Below, piece by piece: positions 18,109 to 28,377 of a DNA stretch of 64,000 nt. How positions within the stretch are numbered: position 1 is the stretch's first letter; the number at the start of each line of letters is the position of its first letter. The notes under the pieces are model-generated. The model saw only the letters and a list, made by a program, of their open reading frames with translations. It had not been told where the DNA came from and ran no database searches. Source of the DNA: Candidatus Omnitrophota bacterium (GTDB lineage: Bacteria; Omnitrophota; Gorgyraeia; Zapsychrales; JAKLDJ01); NCBI GenBank assembly GCA_022703585.1, contig JAKLDJ010000003.1, positions 142,250 to 206,249 of the forward strand, given 5' to 3'. The translations under genes and the position numbers were made by a program.

Positions 18109-18543
18109 TGCATCCCGGTAATGCGGGACCTTGCTGGCGTTTGGCGGATAGCGGTTAGCGTTTAGAGATTAATTTTTCTATCCGCTATACGCTAAACGCT
18201 CTACGCTGGCATGAGGATTAGAGCCACAGTGACGATGCCCGGCGCTTTACGGCGTGCGGGAGTGAAACGAGCAATCTCTGCATGGAGCAAGGCCGAATAG
18301 GGAAAGACTTCCCGTTTCTACGGGGGACGAGGCCGTCCACCTCGTTATCCTACTTCGCTAAATACTACCGTGTTTAGCTTCGTAGGATTCTACGAAGTCC
18401 AAAGCGAAAGCATTTGGACGAAGTAGAATGATTTCCGGGTAGGCCGCAAGAATCCGGGGAGTAATTTCCGGAGTTAGTCGAATGGTTGCCCGTCTCGCCC
18501 TAAAAAATCGAGATACACAAAACTCGGCTTATTGACTTGCTCT
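18043..18543 (+). ncRNA. rnpB: RNase P RNA, bacterial type A, with extended peripheral helices (about 500 nt)
   Basis: P4 5' strand GGAGGAAAGTCCGAGCTCC (18080-18099) and P4 3' strand ACAAAACTCGGCTTA (18516-18530); 12-bp P1 AGAGCAAGTCAA (18043-18054) pairs with TTGACTTGCTCT (18532-18543); GGAGCAAGGCCGAATAGGGAAAGAC block matches the E. coli GGAGCAAGGCCAAAUAGGGG region. Confidence 0.8.
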
Positions 18544-18636
18544 ATAATTTCTGAAGGGTAGTTTCATGTTTTTGTGTACGTTTATACAGTAGATTAAATT
18601 AAATAGTGGTTAATATTAATTCAAGGAGGAATCACG

Positions 18637-19383
18637 ATGTCAGGGCATTCGAAGTGGGCAAAAATTAAACATAAAAAAGCAGCTACCGATGCAAAAAAGG
18701 GTGCGGCCTATACCAAGGTTATCAGGGAAATTACCGCAGCGGCCAAAGACGGAGGCGGTAACCAGGAAACCAATATCCGCTTAAGGGCGGCCATCCAGCG
18801 GGCGCAGGTGATGAATATGCCTTCCAACAACGTTGAGAACGCCATTAAAAAGGGGACCGGAGAACTTCCCGGTATCGTTTATGAGTCGACTATATTTGAA
18901 GGATACGCCCCCGGCGGCGTGGCCCTTTTAATCGAAGTGTTGACTGACAATAAAAACCGGACAACGGCCGAAATTAGAAATTTGTTGTCTAAGAAAAACG
19001 GCAGTATGGCCGGTGCCGGTTCGACGGCCTGGATGTTTGCCAAAAAAGGGCTTATCACGATTGAAAAAGACAAGATCAAAGAAGAGGACCTCCTGGATAT
19101 TGTTTTAGAGGCGGGTGCGGAAGACCTAAATTCCGAGGGCGAGACTTACGAGGTAACCTCTCCGGTACCGGCGCTTGAGGCGGTGCGTTCGGCCTTGCAG
19201 GCAAAAAAGATTCCGACACAGACAGCCGAAATAACCATGATCCCCAATTCTACGGTCAGGGTCGAGGGTGATACTGCCAAGCAAGTTTTGGGATTAATGG
19301 AAGCGCTTGAAGAGCACGAAGACGTCCAGGCGGTTTACGCAAATTTTGATATTCCTGATTCCGAATTAGAAAAGGTGGCTTAA
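18637..19383 (+). CDS. yebC: YebC/PmpR-family probable transcriptional regulatory protein
   Basis: MSGHSKWAKIKHKKAATDAKKG hallmark N-terminus, 248 aa. Confidence 0.85.
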   Translation: MSGHSKWAKIKHKKAATDAKKGAAYTKVIREITAAAKDGGGNQETNIRLRAAIQRAQVMNMPSNNVENAIKKGTGELPGIVYESTIFEGYAPGGVALLIEVLTDNKNRTTAEIRNLLSKKNGSMAGAGSTAWMFAKKGLITIEKDKIKEEDLLDIVLEAGAEDLNSEGETYEVTSPVPALEAVRSALQAKKIPTQTAEITMIPNSTVRVEGDTAKQVLGLMEALEEHEDVQAVYANFDIPDSELEKVA

Positions 19384-19390
19384 TCTCACG

Positions 19391-19873
19391 ATGAGAATTC
19401 TCGGTGTCGACCCCGGTCTTCAGGCAACGGGATACGGCGTTATCGAATTCAACGGTTCAACCGCTAAGCTTCTCGAAGCCGGGACCATTAAGCCGAAAAA
19501 GACAGATTTAATTCAGAATAAGGTTCACGCAATTCACAAGAATCTCGAAGAGATTATTCTTGAGTATCGCCCCGAAGTCATGGTGCTGGAGAAAATTTAT
19601 ACACACCATCAGTATCTGACGACTGCCGGTATCCTGGGGCACGCGCGCGGAGTTATCTGCCTTTTGTGCGCGCAACACGGCATAAAACTTGTCGAACAGA
19701 GCGTGACGCGCTTACGTAAAGCGGTATTAGGCAAGGGAAGGGGATCAAAGTTTCAGATGCAGGGGATGGTTGCCCACGCCCTTAAGATTGACGGAAATAA
19801 GCTTACCCTGGATGCCAGCGATGCCCTGGCTTTGGCGTTAGGATACACCCAAATTTCGACACGACAATTATGA
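19391..19873 (+). CDS. ruvC: Holliday junction resolvase RuvC
   Basis: MRILGVDPGLQATGYGVIE RNase H-fold N-terminus, 160 aa. Confidence 0.9.
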   Translation: MRILGVDPGLQATGYGVIEFNGSTAKLLEAGTIKPKKTDLIQNKVHAIHKNLEEIILEYRPEVMVLEKIYTHHQYLTTAGILGHARGVICLLCAQHGIKLVEQSVTRLRKAVLGKGRGSKFQMQGMVAHALKIDGNKLTLDASDALALALGYTQISTRQL

Positions 19874-20499
19874 TTGTTAAAATAAGCGGCAAGCTGGTTG
19901 AGAAAAAAGAGAATTCCTTAACGGTCAATGTCCAGGGTTTATTTTACGAAGTCGTCGTACCGCCGTCGGTCCTGCAGCGCATTGAGGACACGATCGACGT
20001 TAACGGCAATATCAATTTGGTGACGTATCACTATTTACAAATTGATCCCAGCCGCGGTTTTCCGGTTTTAATCGGATTTTTAAATGAAGTGGAAAAAGAT
20101 TTTTTCGGGCAGTTTATTACTGTCTCGGGGATAGGGCCTCGCGCGGCAGTCAAGGCCCTCAATAAGCCGATTTCGCAAATTGCCCGGGCCATTGACGAGG
20201 GAGATCTAAATTTTTTGCGTACGCTTCCCGGGATCGGCGAACAAAGGGCCAAGGAAATAGTCGCAAAGCTTCAAGGCAAGGTGGGCAAGTTCGGGCTGAT
20301 TCAAGATAAAGCGGGTGTTTCTGCTCGGGTTGAATCGGCTCCTGGCTGGCAAGAAGAGGCCTTAAGTGTCCTCTTGCAGCTGCAGTACAAAAGACAGGAA
20401 GCGCTGGAGATGATTAAAAAGGCCTTGGAGAGGTCAAAAGATATTAACACAACCGAGGGTCTCCTCAACGAGATCTACAAACAAAAAGTGAAGAAATAA
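19870..20499 (+). CDS. ruvA: Holliday junction branch-migration protein RuvA
   Basis: MIVKISGKL start, helix-hairpin-helix motif FITVSGIGPRAAVKAL, 209 aa, overlaps ruvC by 4 nt. Confidence 0.9.
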   Translation: MIVKISGKLVEKKENSLTVNVQGLFYEVVVPPSVLQRIEDTIDVNGNINLVTYHYLQIDPSRGFPVLIGFLNEVEKDFFGQFITVSGIGPRAAVKALNKPISQIARAIDEGDLNFLRTLPGIGEQRAKEIVAKLQGKVGKFGLIQDKAGVSARVESAPGWQEEALSVLLQLQYKRQEALEMIKKALERSKDINTTEGLLNEIYKQKVKK

Positions 20500-21218
20500 T
20501 GGATATGTCGGAAAACAATTATTTAAGAGGGATTATAGAGTCTTTGCTTTTTATCAGCGAAAAACCCATTATGCTGGAGCAGATCAAAGACGCGGTCGAG
20601 GGGGTCACGACCAGCGATATCCGTGAGATGATTAATCAGTTGCAAAAAGAATACCAGGAAAGAAAAAGCGGAGTGGTTATTTTAGAAATTGCCGGCGGCT
20701 ATCAGATGCTCAGCAACCCCGACTATGCGATGTACATCAAGAAATTTTACCACTCGACCCATAAGGAAAAATTATCCAAGCCGGCCCTGGAAACACTTTC
20801 CATCATCGCCTACAAACAGCCGGTTTCAAGGTTGGATATGGAGCTTATCCGCGGGGTTAATTGTGACGGTGTCGTGGTCCATCTTTTAGATAAGGGGTTG
20901 ATTAAGATTGTCGGTCGCAAAGATGTCCCCGGCCGGCCCTATCTTTACGGAACGACCCGGGAATTTCTGGAATATTTTGGTTTAAAGTCGTTGGCGGATT
21001 TACCGAAGCTGGAGGATTTTTCTGCGCTTCAGGCAGCCGAAGGCGGGGGAACGCCGCAGCCGCAAGAGGCGCCAAACCCTGTGCCGGCGCAAGCGCAGGC
21101 AGCTACTGAAACAGTTGCTTCGACGACCGCACAAGAGCAGCCGCAGCCGGCAGCAGAAACAGCCGCCAGCGAAGTTTCCGAAAAGCCACAACAGCCAACG
21201 GAGAATGCTTCGTCTTAA
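20499..21218 (+). CDS. scpB: segregation and condensation protein B with a low-complexity Q/A/P-rich C-terminal tail
   Basis: IIESLLFISEKPIMLEQI winged-helix N-terminus; ATG overlaps the ruvA stop. Confidence 0.8.
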   Translation: MDMSENNYLRGIIESLLFISEKPIMLEQIKDAVEGVTTSDIREMINQLQKEYQERKSGVVILEIAGGYQMLSNPDYAMYIKKFYHSTHKEKLSKPALETLSIIAYKQPVSRLDMELIRGVNCDGVVVHLLDKGLIKIVGRKDVPGRPYLYGTTREFLEYFGLKSLADLPKLEDFSALQAAEGGGTPQPQEAPNPVPAQAQAATETVASTTAQEQPQPAAETAASEVSEKPQQPTENASS

Positions 21219-21265
21219 GGAGTGAAGAGCGGGTAATATTTTAGGCCTGTCTTGTTGAGGAGAAA

Positions 21266-22330
21266 ATGATGAGTATTCAACAGTTGCGCAAGAAAATTGA
21301 TGCCATCGATTGGCAGGTTGTTTCTTGGCTTAATAAAAGGGCTGAGATCAGCCGTAAAATCGGCAAAGAGAAGCTGAAGCATAAAAAAGGGATTTACGCG
21401 CCCGACCGTGAAAAAGAAGTTTTGGACAGGATCAAAACCTTGAACAAAGGGCCGATGTCCTATGAGGCGTTTGAAGCGATCTATCGGGAAATCATGTCGT
21501 GTTCGCTGTCGCTGGAAAAGCCTTTAGAGATAGGGTACATGGGGCCGCAAGCCTCTTTTTCTAATCTGGCGGCATTAAGAAAATTCGGTTCGCAGGTCAA
21601 TTATGTGCCCTGCGAGGATATCTCTCAAGTTTTTCATCGTGTGGAAACAGGCGAATGTGATTACGGTGTCGTGCCTATCGAAAATTCCATCGAAGGGGCG
21701 GTCACGCACACCTTTGACCTTTTGGTTGATTCTGATTTAAGAATTTGTTCGCAGGTTTTGCTTGAGATCGAGCATAATCTTCTTTCGAATGCGCCGATTG
21801 AGAAGATAAGAACTGTTTATTCCAATCCTCAAGTTTTCGGGCAATGCCGCAACTGGCTGCACGGCCATTTGCCGAAAGCCGATTGGGTCGAGGTTTCTTC
21901 TACGACGCGTGCCGCCCAGATTGTGTCAAAAAAGAAGAATGCCGGCTGTATCGCCTCGGTGCTGGCGGCCAAGGTTTATGATCTTAAAATCATCAAGAGG
22001 AATATCGAAGACAGCCTGCATAATATTACCCGTTTCTTGGTTATTGCTAAAACCGATGTTCCTCCGACAGGAAAAGACAGGACATCAATTTTATTCTCGA
22101 TTAAAGACAAGGTAGGAGCGCTGCAGGAGATGCTAGCTCCGTTTCGCAGAAACAAGATTAATTTAACCAAAATCGAGTCGCGGCCTTCAAAAAAGAAGGC
22201 GTGGGATTATTATTTCTTTGTGGATTTTCAAGGGCACCGGCTGGATCCAAAGGTAAACAAGGCCCTGGGCCAGCTGGAAAGTAAATGTAATTATTTAAAA
22301 ATACTGGGTTCTTACCCTATCGTGGAGTAA
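21266..22330 (+). CDS. pheA: bifunctional chorismate mutase / prephenate dehydratase (P-protein)
   Basis: N-terminal chorismate-mutase helix (LRKKIDAIDWQVVSWLNKRAEISRKIGKEK), PDT domain and C-terminal ACT domain. Confidence 0.85.
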   Translation: MMSIQQLRKKIDAIDWQVVSWLNKRAEISRKIGKEKLKHKKGIYAPDREKEVLDRIKTLNKGPMSYEAFEAIYREIMSCSLSLEKPLEIGYMGPQASFSNLAALRKFGSQVNYVPCEDISQVFHRVETGECDYGVVPIENSIEGAVTHTFDLLVDSDLRICSQVLLEIEHNLLSNAPIEKIRTVYSNPQVFGQCRNWLHGHLPKADWVEVSSTTRAAQIVSKKKNAGCIASVLAAKVYDLKIIKRNIEDSLHNITRFLVIAKTDVPPTGKDRTSILFSIKDKVGALQEMLAPFRRNKINLTKIESRPSKKKAWDYYFFVDFQGHRLDPKVNKALGQLESKCNYLKILGSYPIVE

Positions 22331-22333
22331 CGT

Positions 22334-23422
22334 ATGCAAAGCATTGCCAGAAAACATATCTTGCAAATCAAACCCTATATTCCGGGTAAACCTATCGAAG
22401 AGGTCGAACGGGAGATGGGATTAAAAAGCGTTATTAAACTCGCCTCCAATGAAAATCCTTATGGGCCGTCGCCTAAGGTTTTAAAGGCCATGGTGCAGGC
22501 GGCAAAAACGGTTAACCGTTATCCCGACGGCAGCTGCTATTATCTGCGCCAGGAGCTCGCCCGCAGACTTAAGGTTAGCGAAAATCAGCTGATCTTTGGT
22601 AACGGTTCAGACGAACTGATTGTTCTGGCGACACGCGCTTTTAGCGACTACGGCGATGAGGTCATCATTGCCCGGCCGTCGTTTTTGATTTATGAAATTG
22701 CCTCCAAAGTATCGGGGGCAACGATCAAATTCGTCCCCTTAAAAGATTTCCGTTACGATATCGAGGGAATAAAAAATGCGATTACCCCGAAGACAAAAAT
22801 TATTTTTATCGGCAACCCGGATAATCCGTCGGGTTCATACATTACAAAGGCGCAGGCCGAAGACCTGTTGAAATCCATACGCCAAAAAATCCTGGTTTTC
22901 TTTGACGAGGCCTATTTTGAATTTGTCGACAAAGATGATTATCCTGATACGATTAAGCTTATGAAGACGTACAAAAATGTTATTACCACCAGGACTTTTT
23001 CAAAGATGTATGGCTTGGCCGGTTTGCGCGTGGGCTACGGGATCGGCGATGCACAGGTGATATCGCTTTTGGAGCGCGTGCGGGAACCGTTTAATATTAA
23101 TTCCGTTGCCCAGGCCGCTGCCCTGGCGTGTCTGAAGGATAAAGCCTATTACGAGAAATTATTGCGGACTATAAAAGCGCAGAGGAAATATGTTTACGCG
23201 AATCTTAAGAAAATGGGATTGTCGTTTGTGGAGAGCGTGACGAATTTTATTCTTATCGATGTCCGTCAGAACAGCTTTAATGTCTCGCAGGCACTGTTAA
23301 AAAAAGGTGTTATTGTACGTGATATGGGTTTTTGGGGACTGGATACGTATATCCGTGTTACCGTTGGTAAGCCTCAAGAAAATCAACGATTCATTCGTGC
23401 TCTTAAGGAGATTATGAAATGA
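22334..23422 (+). CDS. hisC: histidinol-phosphate aminotransferase family (probably acting as an aromatic aminotransferase in this operon)
   Basis: [13 protein letters not shown] substrate-binding motif, PLP-lysine region [14 protein letters not shown]. Confidence 0.8.
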   Translation: MQSIARKHILQIKPYIPGKPIEEVEREMGLKSVIKLASNENPYGPSPKVLKAMVQAAKTVNRYPDGSCYYLRQELARRLKVSENQLIFGNGSDELIVLATRAFSDYGDEVIIARPSFLIYEIASKVSGATIKFVPLKDFRYDIEGIKNAITPKTKIIFIGNPDNPSGSYITKAQAEDLLKSIRQKILVFFDEAYFEFVDKDDYPDTIKLMKTYKNVITTRTFSKMYGLAGLRVGYGIGDAQVISLLERVREPFNINSVAQAAALACLKDKAYYEKLLRTIKAQRKYVYANLKKMGLSFVESVTNFILIDVRQNSFNVSQALLKKGVIVRDMGFWGLDTYIRVTVGKPQENQRFIRALKEIMK

Positions 23423-24435
23423 TTGTTATTCTAAGACCTGATGCAACAGAGGAACAATTGAAACATCTCGTCGAGAAAGCCGAGAAACTGGGCTTGAAGG
23501 CGCATATATCCCGCGGCGTCGAAAGAACCATTATCGGTTTTATCGGGCCCGAAGATGTTTTGCGCGTGACTCCCCTAGAGGTATTTCCGGGTGTTGAGCG
23601 GGTTATGCCGGTTTTGTCGCCGTTTAAGCTTGTTTCCCGGGAATTTAAGAAGGATGATTCAGTCATTGACTTAGGCCATGGCGTTAAAATTGGCGGCAAA
23701 AAGGTTATTGTTATGGCTGGGCCCTGTTCGATTGAAGGCCATGATTCGCTGGTGTCGGTAGCGAAAAAAGTTAAACAGATGGGCGCGACGGTTTTGCGCG
23801 GCGGTGCCTTTAAACCCCGCACTTCTCCCTATGATTTTCAAGGACTCGGCGAGGAAGGTTTGAAATATTTATCCGAGGCTGCTCAAAAAGTAGGGATTGC
23901 GACCATTACCGAGATCATGGACCCGCGCGATGTCGCCTTGGTAGCCAAATATGCCGATATATTGCAGGTCGGTGCGCGCAATATGCAGAATTTCACGCTT
24001 TTAAAGGAAGTCGGCATGACCAAAAAACCGGTCATGCTCAAGCGCGGGATAAGTGCGACAATCAAAGAATGGCTTATGTCGGCCGAATACATCCTGTCTG
24101 AAGGTAATTTTAGTGTTATGCTCTGCGAACGAGGCATACGGACTTTTGAGACCTATACCCGCAACACTCTTGACATTAACGCGGTAGCCGTTGTCAAACA
24201 GCTTTCCCATTTACCGATCGTGGTTGATCCCAGCCACGGAACCGGCAAGTGGGGATTAGTATCCGCCGCTTCAAGGGCGGCGGTAGCGGCCGGTTGTGAT
24301 GGTTTGATGGTCGAGGTTCACGAAAACCCCGAAGAGGCTTTGTCCGACGGAGCCCAATCGCTCCTGCCGGATAATTTCAATAACCTGATGCAGGACTTAA
24401 AGAAAATCGCTGCGGCGGTTTCAAGGGAAATATAA
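23419..24435 (+). CDS. aroF: 3-deoxy-7-phosphoheptulonate (DAHP) synthase, type I-beta with an N-terminal regulatory domain
   Basis: KDO8PS/DAHPS TIM-barrel motifs ([43 protein letters not shown]). Confidence 0.8.
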   Translation: MIVILRPDATEEQLKHLVEKAEKLGLKAHISRGVERTIIGFIGPEDVLRVTPLEVFPGVERVMPVLSPFKLVSREFKKDDSVIDLGHGVKIGGKKVIVMAGPCSIEGHDSLVSVAKKVKQMGATVLRGGAFKPRTSPYDFQGLGEEGLKYLSEAAQKVGIATITEIMDPRDVALVAKYADILQVGARNMQNFTLLKEVGMTKKPVMLKRGISATIKEWLMSAEYILSEGNFSVMLCERGIRTFETYTRNTLDINAVAVVKQLSHLPIVVDPSHGTGKWGLVSAASRAAVAAGCDGLMVEVHENPEEALSDGAQSLLPDNFNNLMQDLKKIAAAVSREI

Positions 24436-24438
24436 TCT

Positions 24439-25299
24439 ATGGCGGAAAATACTCAGCTGTTTAGAAAGGTCGCTATTTTAGGTATCGGGCTTATCGGCGG
24501 TTCGATGGGGATTGTTTTAAGAAAAAACAAACTTGCCGGCGAGGTTGTCGGCGTTGCCCGCCAGCATGCGTCGTTAGTGCATGCTTTAAAAAACGGCGCC
24601 GTTGACCACGGGACCCATGATTTAAAAAAGGCCGTTGAAAATGCGGATCTGGTAATTTTATCCACGCCGGTAAAAACGATTACCCAAATGCTTTCAAGTA
24701 TCGGCGGCTTCCTCAAAAGAGGCGCTATCGTTATTGATGTCGGCAGCACAAAAGCAGCCATTGTGGATGCGGCCCAAAAGAGCCTTCCTCCTCATGCCTA
24801 TTTTGTCGGTACGCATCCCCTGGCAGGCTCCGAAAAGAAGGGGGTCATGTTTTCCCGAGGCGATTTATTTAATGATTCTGTGTGTATTGTAACGCCTAAC
24901 GAAAAGACTAATAAGCAAGCCGCGGAAAAGGTTAAAGAACTTTGGGTAAAGTTGGGGACTACGGTCAAGGTAGTGACGCCGGCCGAACACGATAAAATTC
25001 TGGCATATATCAGCCATGTGCCGCATTTATTGGCATACGGGTTGATTGAAGCTATCCCGCAGGAATATCTCGGCTATGCGACACAGGGGCTCAAAGATAC
25101 CACACGCATTGCCGCCTCCGACCCGGAGATGTGGAATGATATTTGTCTGACGAACTCAAAAAATATTACTGAGTCTGTTGACGCATTTGTAAAAATTCTC
25201 GCCGTGTTAAGAAAATCTATTGTCTCTCAGGATGATCATTCCCTCATCGAACACCTCAAGAAATCAAAGAACAAACGAGATGGCATTGACCGAGGCTAA
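24439..25299 (+). CDS. tyrA: prephenate dehydrogenase
   Basis: Rossmann motif KVAILGIGLIGGSMG plus TyrA core (GTHPLAGSEKKG). Confidence 0.8.
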   Translation: MAENTQLFRKVAILGIGLIGGSMGIVLRKNKLAGEVVGVARQHASLVHALKNGAVDHGTHDLKKAVENADLVILSTPVKTITQMLSSIGGFLKRGAIVIDVGSTKAAIVDAAQKSLPPHAYFVGTHPLAGSEKKGVMFSRGDLFNDSVCIVTPNEKTNKQAAEKVKELWVKLGTTVKVVTPAEHDKILAYISHVPHLLAYGLIEAIPQEYLGYATQGLKDTTRIAASDPEMWNDICLTNSKNITESVDAFVKILAVLRKSIVSQDDHSLIEHLKKSKNKRDGIDRG

Positions 25300-25966
25300 C
25301 AAACGGCAGCAATGCACGGTAATCACTATCGACGGGCCGGCCGGCGCGGGCAAGAGCACTGTTGCCAAAGAACTGGCTAAGCGGTTGGGTTTTGCCTATC
25401 TGGACACGGGAGCGATGTACCGCGCCCTCACGCTTAAGGCATTGCGCCAGAAAATAAACTTAGAAAACGAAAAACAGCTGGTGGACCTTGCCCATCAAAC
25501 ATTAATTAATATTACAACCGACGACAAAAAATCTTTAAAGGTTGTTTTAGACGCAGAAGATGTCACCGAACCTATCCGCTCGCTGGAGGTGACCCAGAGT
25601 ACTTTTTATGTTGCCCGCATTGCCGGTGTGCGTGAAGTTATGGTGCAGCGTCAGCGTGAAATCGGCACTAAAAATAATATTGTCATCGAAGGCCGCGATA
25701 CCGGAACGGTTGTTTTTCCTCATGCGACCAGGAAATTCTATCTGGACGCTGATTCTAAAGAGCGGGCCCAGCGCCGTATAAAAGAATTAAAGGAAAAGGG
25801 CAAGCAAGTTGATGAATTAACTATCGCACGGGATTTAGAAGAGCGCGACACTAAAGACATAACGCGAGCGGTTGGGCCCTTAAAAAAGGCCGAAGACGCG
25901 ATTTTTATCGACTCAACTGGTCTATCGATCGGCCAGGTCGTAGGCAAGATGTTGGAATATATTTAA
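25280..25966 (+). CDS. cmk: cytidylate kinase (start taken at ATG 25280 rather than the ORF-track start; 20-nt overlap with tyrA)
   Basis: P-loop ITIDGPAGAGKSTVAKELAKRLGFAYLDTGAMYRA. Confidence 0.85.
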   Translation: MALTEANKRQQCTVITIDGPAGAGKSTVAKELAKRLGFAYLDTGAMYRALTLKALRQKINLENEKQLVDLAHQTLINITTDDKKSLKVVLDAEDVTEPIRSLEVTQSTFYVARIAGVREVMVQRQREIGTKNNIVIEGRDTGTVVFPHATRKFYLDADSKERAQRRIKELKEKGKQVDELTIARDLEERDTKDITRAVGPLKKAEDAIFIDSTGLSIGQVVGKMLEYI

Positions 25967-25969
25967 AAA

Positions 25970-27760
25970 ATGCTTAAAGAACTCATAAGAAATTTTTCTA
26001 TTATTGCTCACATTGATCACGGCAAATCGACTTTAGCCGACCGGCTTTTGCTTTTTACCGGTGCTATCGATGAGAGAAAATTCCAGAACCAGATGCTGGA
26101 TGATATGGACTTGGAACGCGAGCGCGGCATTACCATTAAGGCTTCGGCGGTAAGGATCGAATATAAATCGCAAGACGGCAAAGATTATGTTTTAAACTTT
26201 ATTGATACGCCGGGGCACGTGGATTTTACCTATGAGGTTGAGAAATCTTTAAAGGCCTGTGAGGGAGCGCTATTGGTCGTGGATGCTTCTCAAGGGGTCG
26301 AATCGCAGACCGTTGCCAATTTTTATCTGGCTATTGATAATAATTTAGAGATCCTTCCTGTCATCAACAAGATTGACATTGCCGGTATCGATATTGACCA
26401 CGTCAAGCATCAGCTTAAAGATATTTTTAATTTTAAACTCGAAGATGTTGCTTTAGTCTCTGCCAAAGAAGGCCTGGGGATCCAGGAAGTCCTGGAGAAG
26501 CTGATTAAATTTATTCCGCACCCCGAAGGTGATGACAGCGCACCTTTGCAGGCACTGATGTTTGATCTTAAGTTTGATATTTATAAAGGGATCATCATTT
26601 ATGTCCGTATCTTTAACGGAACTTTACGGCCGGGGATGCATATTAAGATGATGCATAGCGACAAGGAGTACACCATTGAAGAGGTGGGTGTTTTTAAACC
26701 GGAGGCGGTCAAGGTTGGGGAGCTTTGTTGCGGTGATGTTGGTTATATTACCTGCAATGTTCATGATCCTCATCAGGTCAAGGTCGGTGATACGATTACC
26801 GAAGTCGAACGGCCGACGGCAAAACCCTTAGAAGGCTACCGTCAGTTGAAACCGCTGGTCTTCTGCGGGATTTATCCGGTCAACTCCAAAGATTTTATGT
26901 TGTTGCGCGAATCGATGGAGAAATTACGACTCAATGATCCCAGTTTTGTTTACACGCCCGAAACCTCGCAATCATTCGGTCACGGTTTCCGGGGCGGTTT
27001 TTTGGGGTTGCTGCATATGGAGATCGTCCAGGAAAGGCTTCAGCGGGAATATAATCTTAATCTTATCCTGACCACGCCGAATGTCAGCTATCGTATTGTC
27101 AGACGAGATGAGACGGTTTTTGAAATCGAAAGCCCCAATGATTTGCCTAGTAGTGCCGATGTCAAACGCGTCGAGGAGCCGTATTTAACCGTTTCGATCT
27201 TTTCGCCCGTAACCGCGCTGGATGCGGTGATGGAGCTGGCGAAAAGAAAAAGAGGGATTTATAAAGAAAGTGTTTATGTTTCTGATAGAATGAAAGTGAT
27301 TTTTGATATCCCGCTTTCGGAGGTTATCGTTGATTTTAATGACATGATCAAATCCGCGACTAAAGGGTACGGATCGATCGATTATGAATTTAAAGGATAC
27401 TTGCCCTCCGAGATATCAAAATTAGATATTCTGATCAATGATAAAGTGTGTGATGCCTTTTCCTGCTTGGTGCATAAAGAGCGCGCTTATGAAAAAGGTC
27501 TGGCGCTAGTCAGTAAGTTAAAAGAGCTTATTCCTCAACAGTTATTTGAAGTGCGTATCCAGGCGGCCTGTGACGGGAGAATCATTTCCAGTGCCAAGGT
27601 GCGCTCCGTCGGGAAAAATGTCACCGCCAAATGTTACGGCGGCGATATTACCCGAAAACGAAAGCTGTGGGAAAAGCAAAAAGAGGGAAAAAAGAAACTT
27701 AAGCAGGTTGGTCAGGTTGAGATCCCTCAAGAAGCATTTTTGGCCGCGCTGAAGCTGTAA
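25970..27760 (+). CDS. lepA: translation elongation factor 4
   Basis: 596 aa; G-domain IAHIDHGKSTLADRLL, DTPGHVDF, NKID; LepA C-terminal domain. Confidence 0.95.
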   Translation: MLKELIRNFSIIAHIDHGKSTLADRLLLFTGAIDERKFQNQMLDDMDLERERGITIKASAVRIEYKSQDGKDYVLNFIDTPGHVDFTYEVEKSLKACEGALLVVDASQGVESQTVANFYLAIDNNLEILPVINKIDIAGIDIDHVKHQLKDIFNFKLEDVALVSAKEGLGIQEVLEKLIKFIPHPEGDDSAPLQALMFDLKFDIYKGIIIYVRIFNGTLRPGMHIKMMHSDKEYTIEEVGVFKPEAVKVGELCCGDVGYITCNVHDPHQVKVGDTITEVERPTAKPLEGYRQLKPLVFCGIYPVNSKDFMLLRESMEKLRLNDPSFVYTPETSQSFGHGFRGGFLGLLHMEIVQERLQREYNLNLILTTPNVSYRIVRRDETVFEIESPNDLPSSADVKRVEEPYLTVSIFSPVTALDAVMELAKRKRGIYKESVYVSDRMKVIFDIPLSEVIVDFNDMIKSATKGYGSIDYEFKGYLPSEISKLDILINDKVCDAFSCLVHKERAYEKGLALVSKLKELIPQQLFEVRIQAACDGRIISSAKVRSVGKNVTAKCYGGDITRKRKLWEKQKEGKKKLKQVGQVEIPQEAFLAALKL

Positions 27761-27777
27761 AGATAATAAAGGAAGAA

Positions 27778-28368
27778 ATGGTGCCTCTTAAAATAACATC
27801 GAGAAACAAAGCTGTCATCCGCGAGTGGGTCGAGTCGATTGTTGTCGCTCTGCTCCTCGCTATTTTTATTAGGACTTTCTTTGTCCAGGCATTTAAAATA
27901 CCCAGCGGCTCAATGCGCACCACGCTATTGGAAGGGGATAGGATTCTGGTCAACAAGTTGCGTTATGGCCCCAAGATCCCGTTTACCAAAATGCGTTTGC
28001 CCGGGTTTACTAAGCCTAAACGGGGCGATGTGATCGTTTTTGTCTATCCCGAGGATCCCAAAAAAGATTTTGTTAAACGGCTTATTGCCTTAGGCGGCGA
28101 GACGGTTGAGATTAAAGACGGGCATTTGTATGTTGACAATCGCTTGGTCGAAGACCAGCCGATTCATAATATTTATTACTATAACCGGGGCGATTACGGG
28201 GAAACGAACCAGATTATTAAAGTCCCTGAACATACCTATTATGTTTTGGGGGATAATAGCGGCTCGAGCAAAGACAGCCGTTATTGGGGTTTTGTCCCCG
28301 AAGAATTATTGATCGGGCGGGCAGAATTGATTTATTGGCCGCTGACCAGAATCAGGATTGTCAAATAA
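27778..28368 (+). CDS. lepB: signal peptidase I
   Basis: SGSMRTTLLEGDRILVNK (catalytic Ser box), GDNSGSSKDSRYWGFV. Confidence 0.85.
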   Translation: MVPLKITSRNKAVIREWVESIVVALLLAIFIRTFFVQAFKIPSGSMRTTLLEGDRILVNKLRYGPKIPFTKMRLPGFTKPKRGDVIVFVYPEDPKKDFVKRLIALGGETVEIKDGHLYVDNRLVEDQPIHNIYYYNRGDYGETNQIIKVPEHTYYVLGDNSGSSKDSRYWGFVPEELLIGRAELIYWPLTRIRIVK

Positions 28369-28377
28369 TTCCCTAAA

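Noticed and set aside
18130-18215. Direct/inverted repeat block (GGATAGCGG / TTAGCGTTTAGAG ... CTATCCGCTAT / CGCTAAACGCT) that looked like a possible repeat element
   Set aside because: It lies inside the RNase P RNA boundaries (P1 pairing 18043/18543) and is best explained as an expanded peripheral helix of rnpB.
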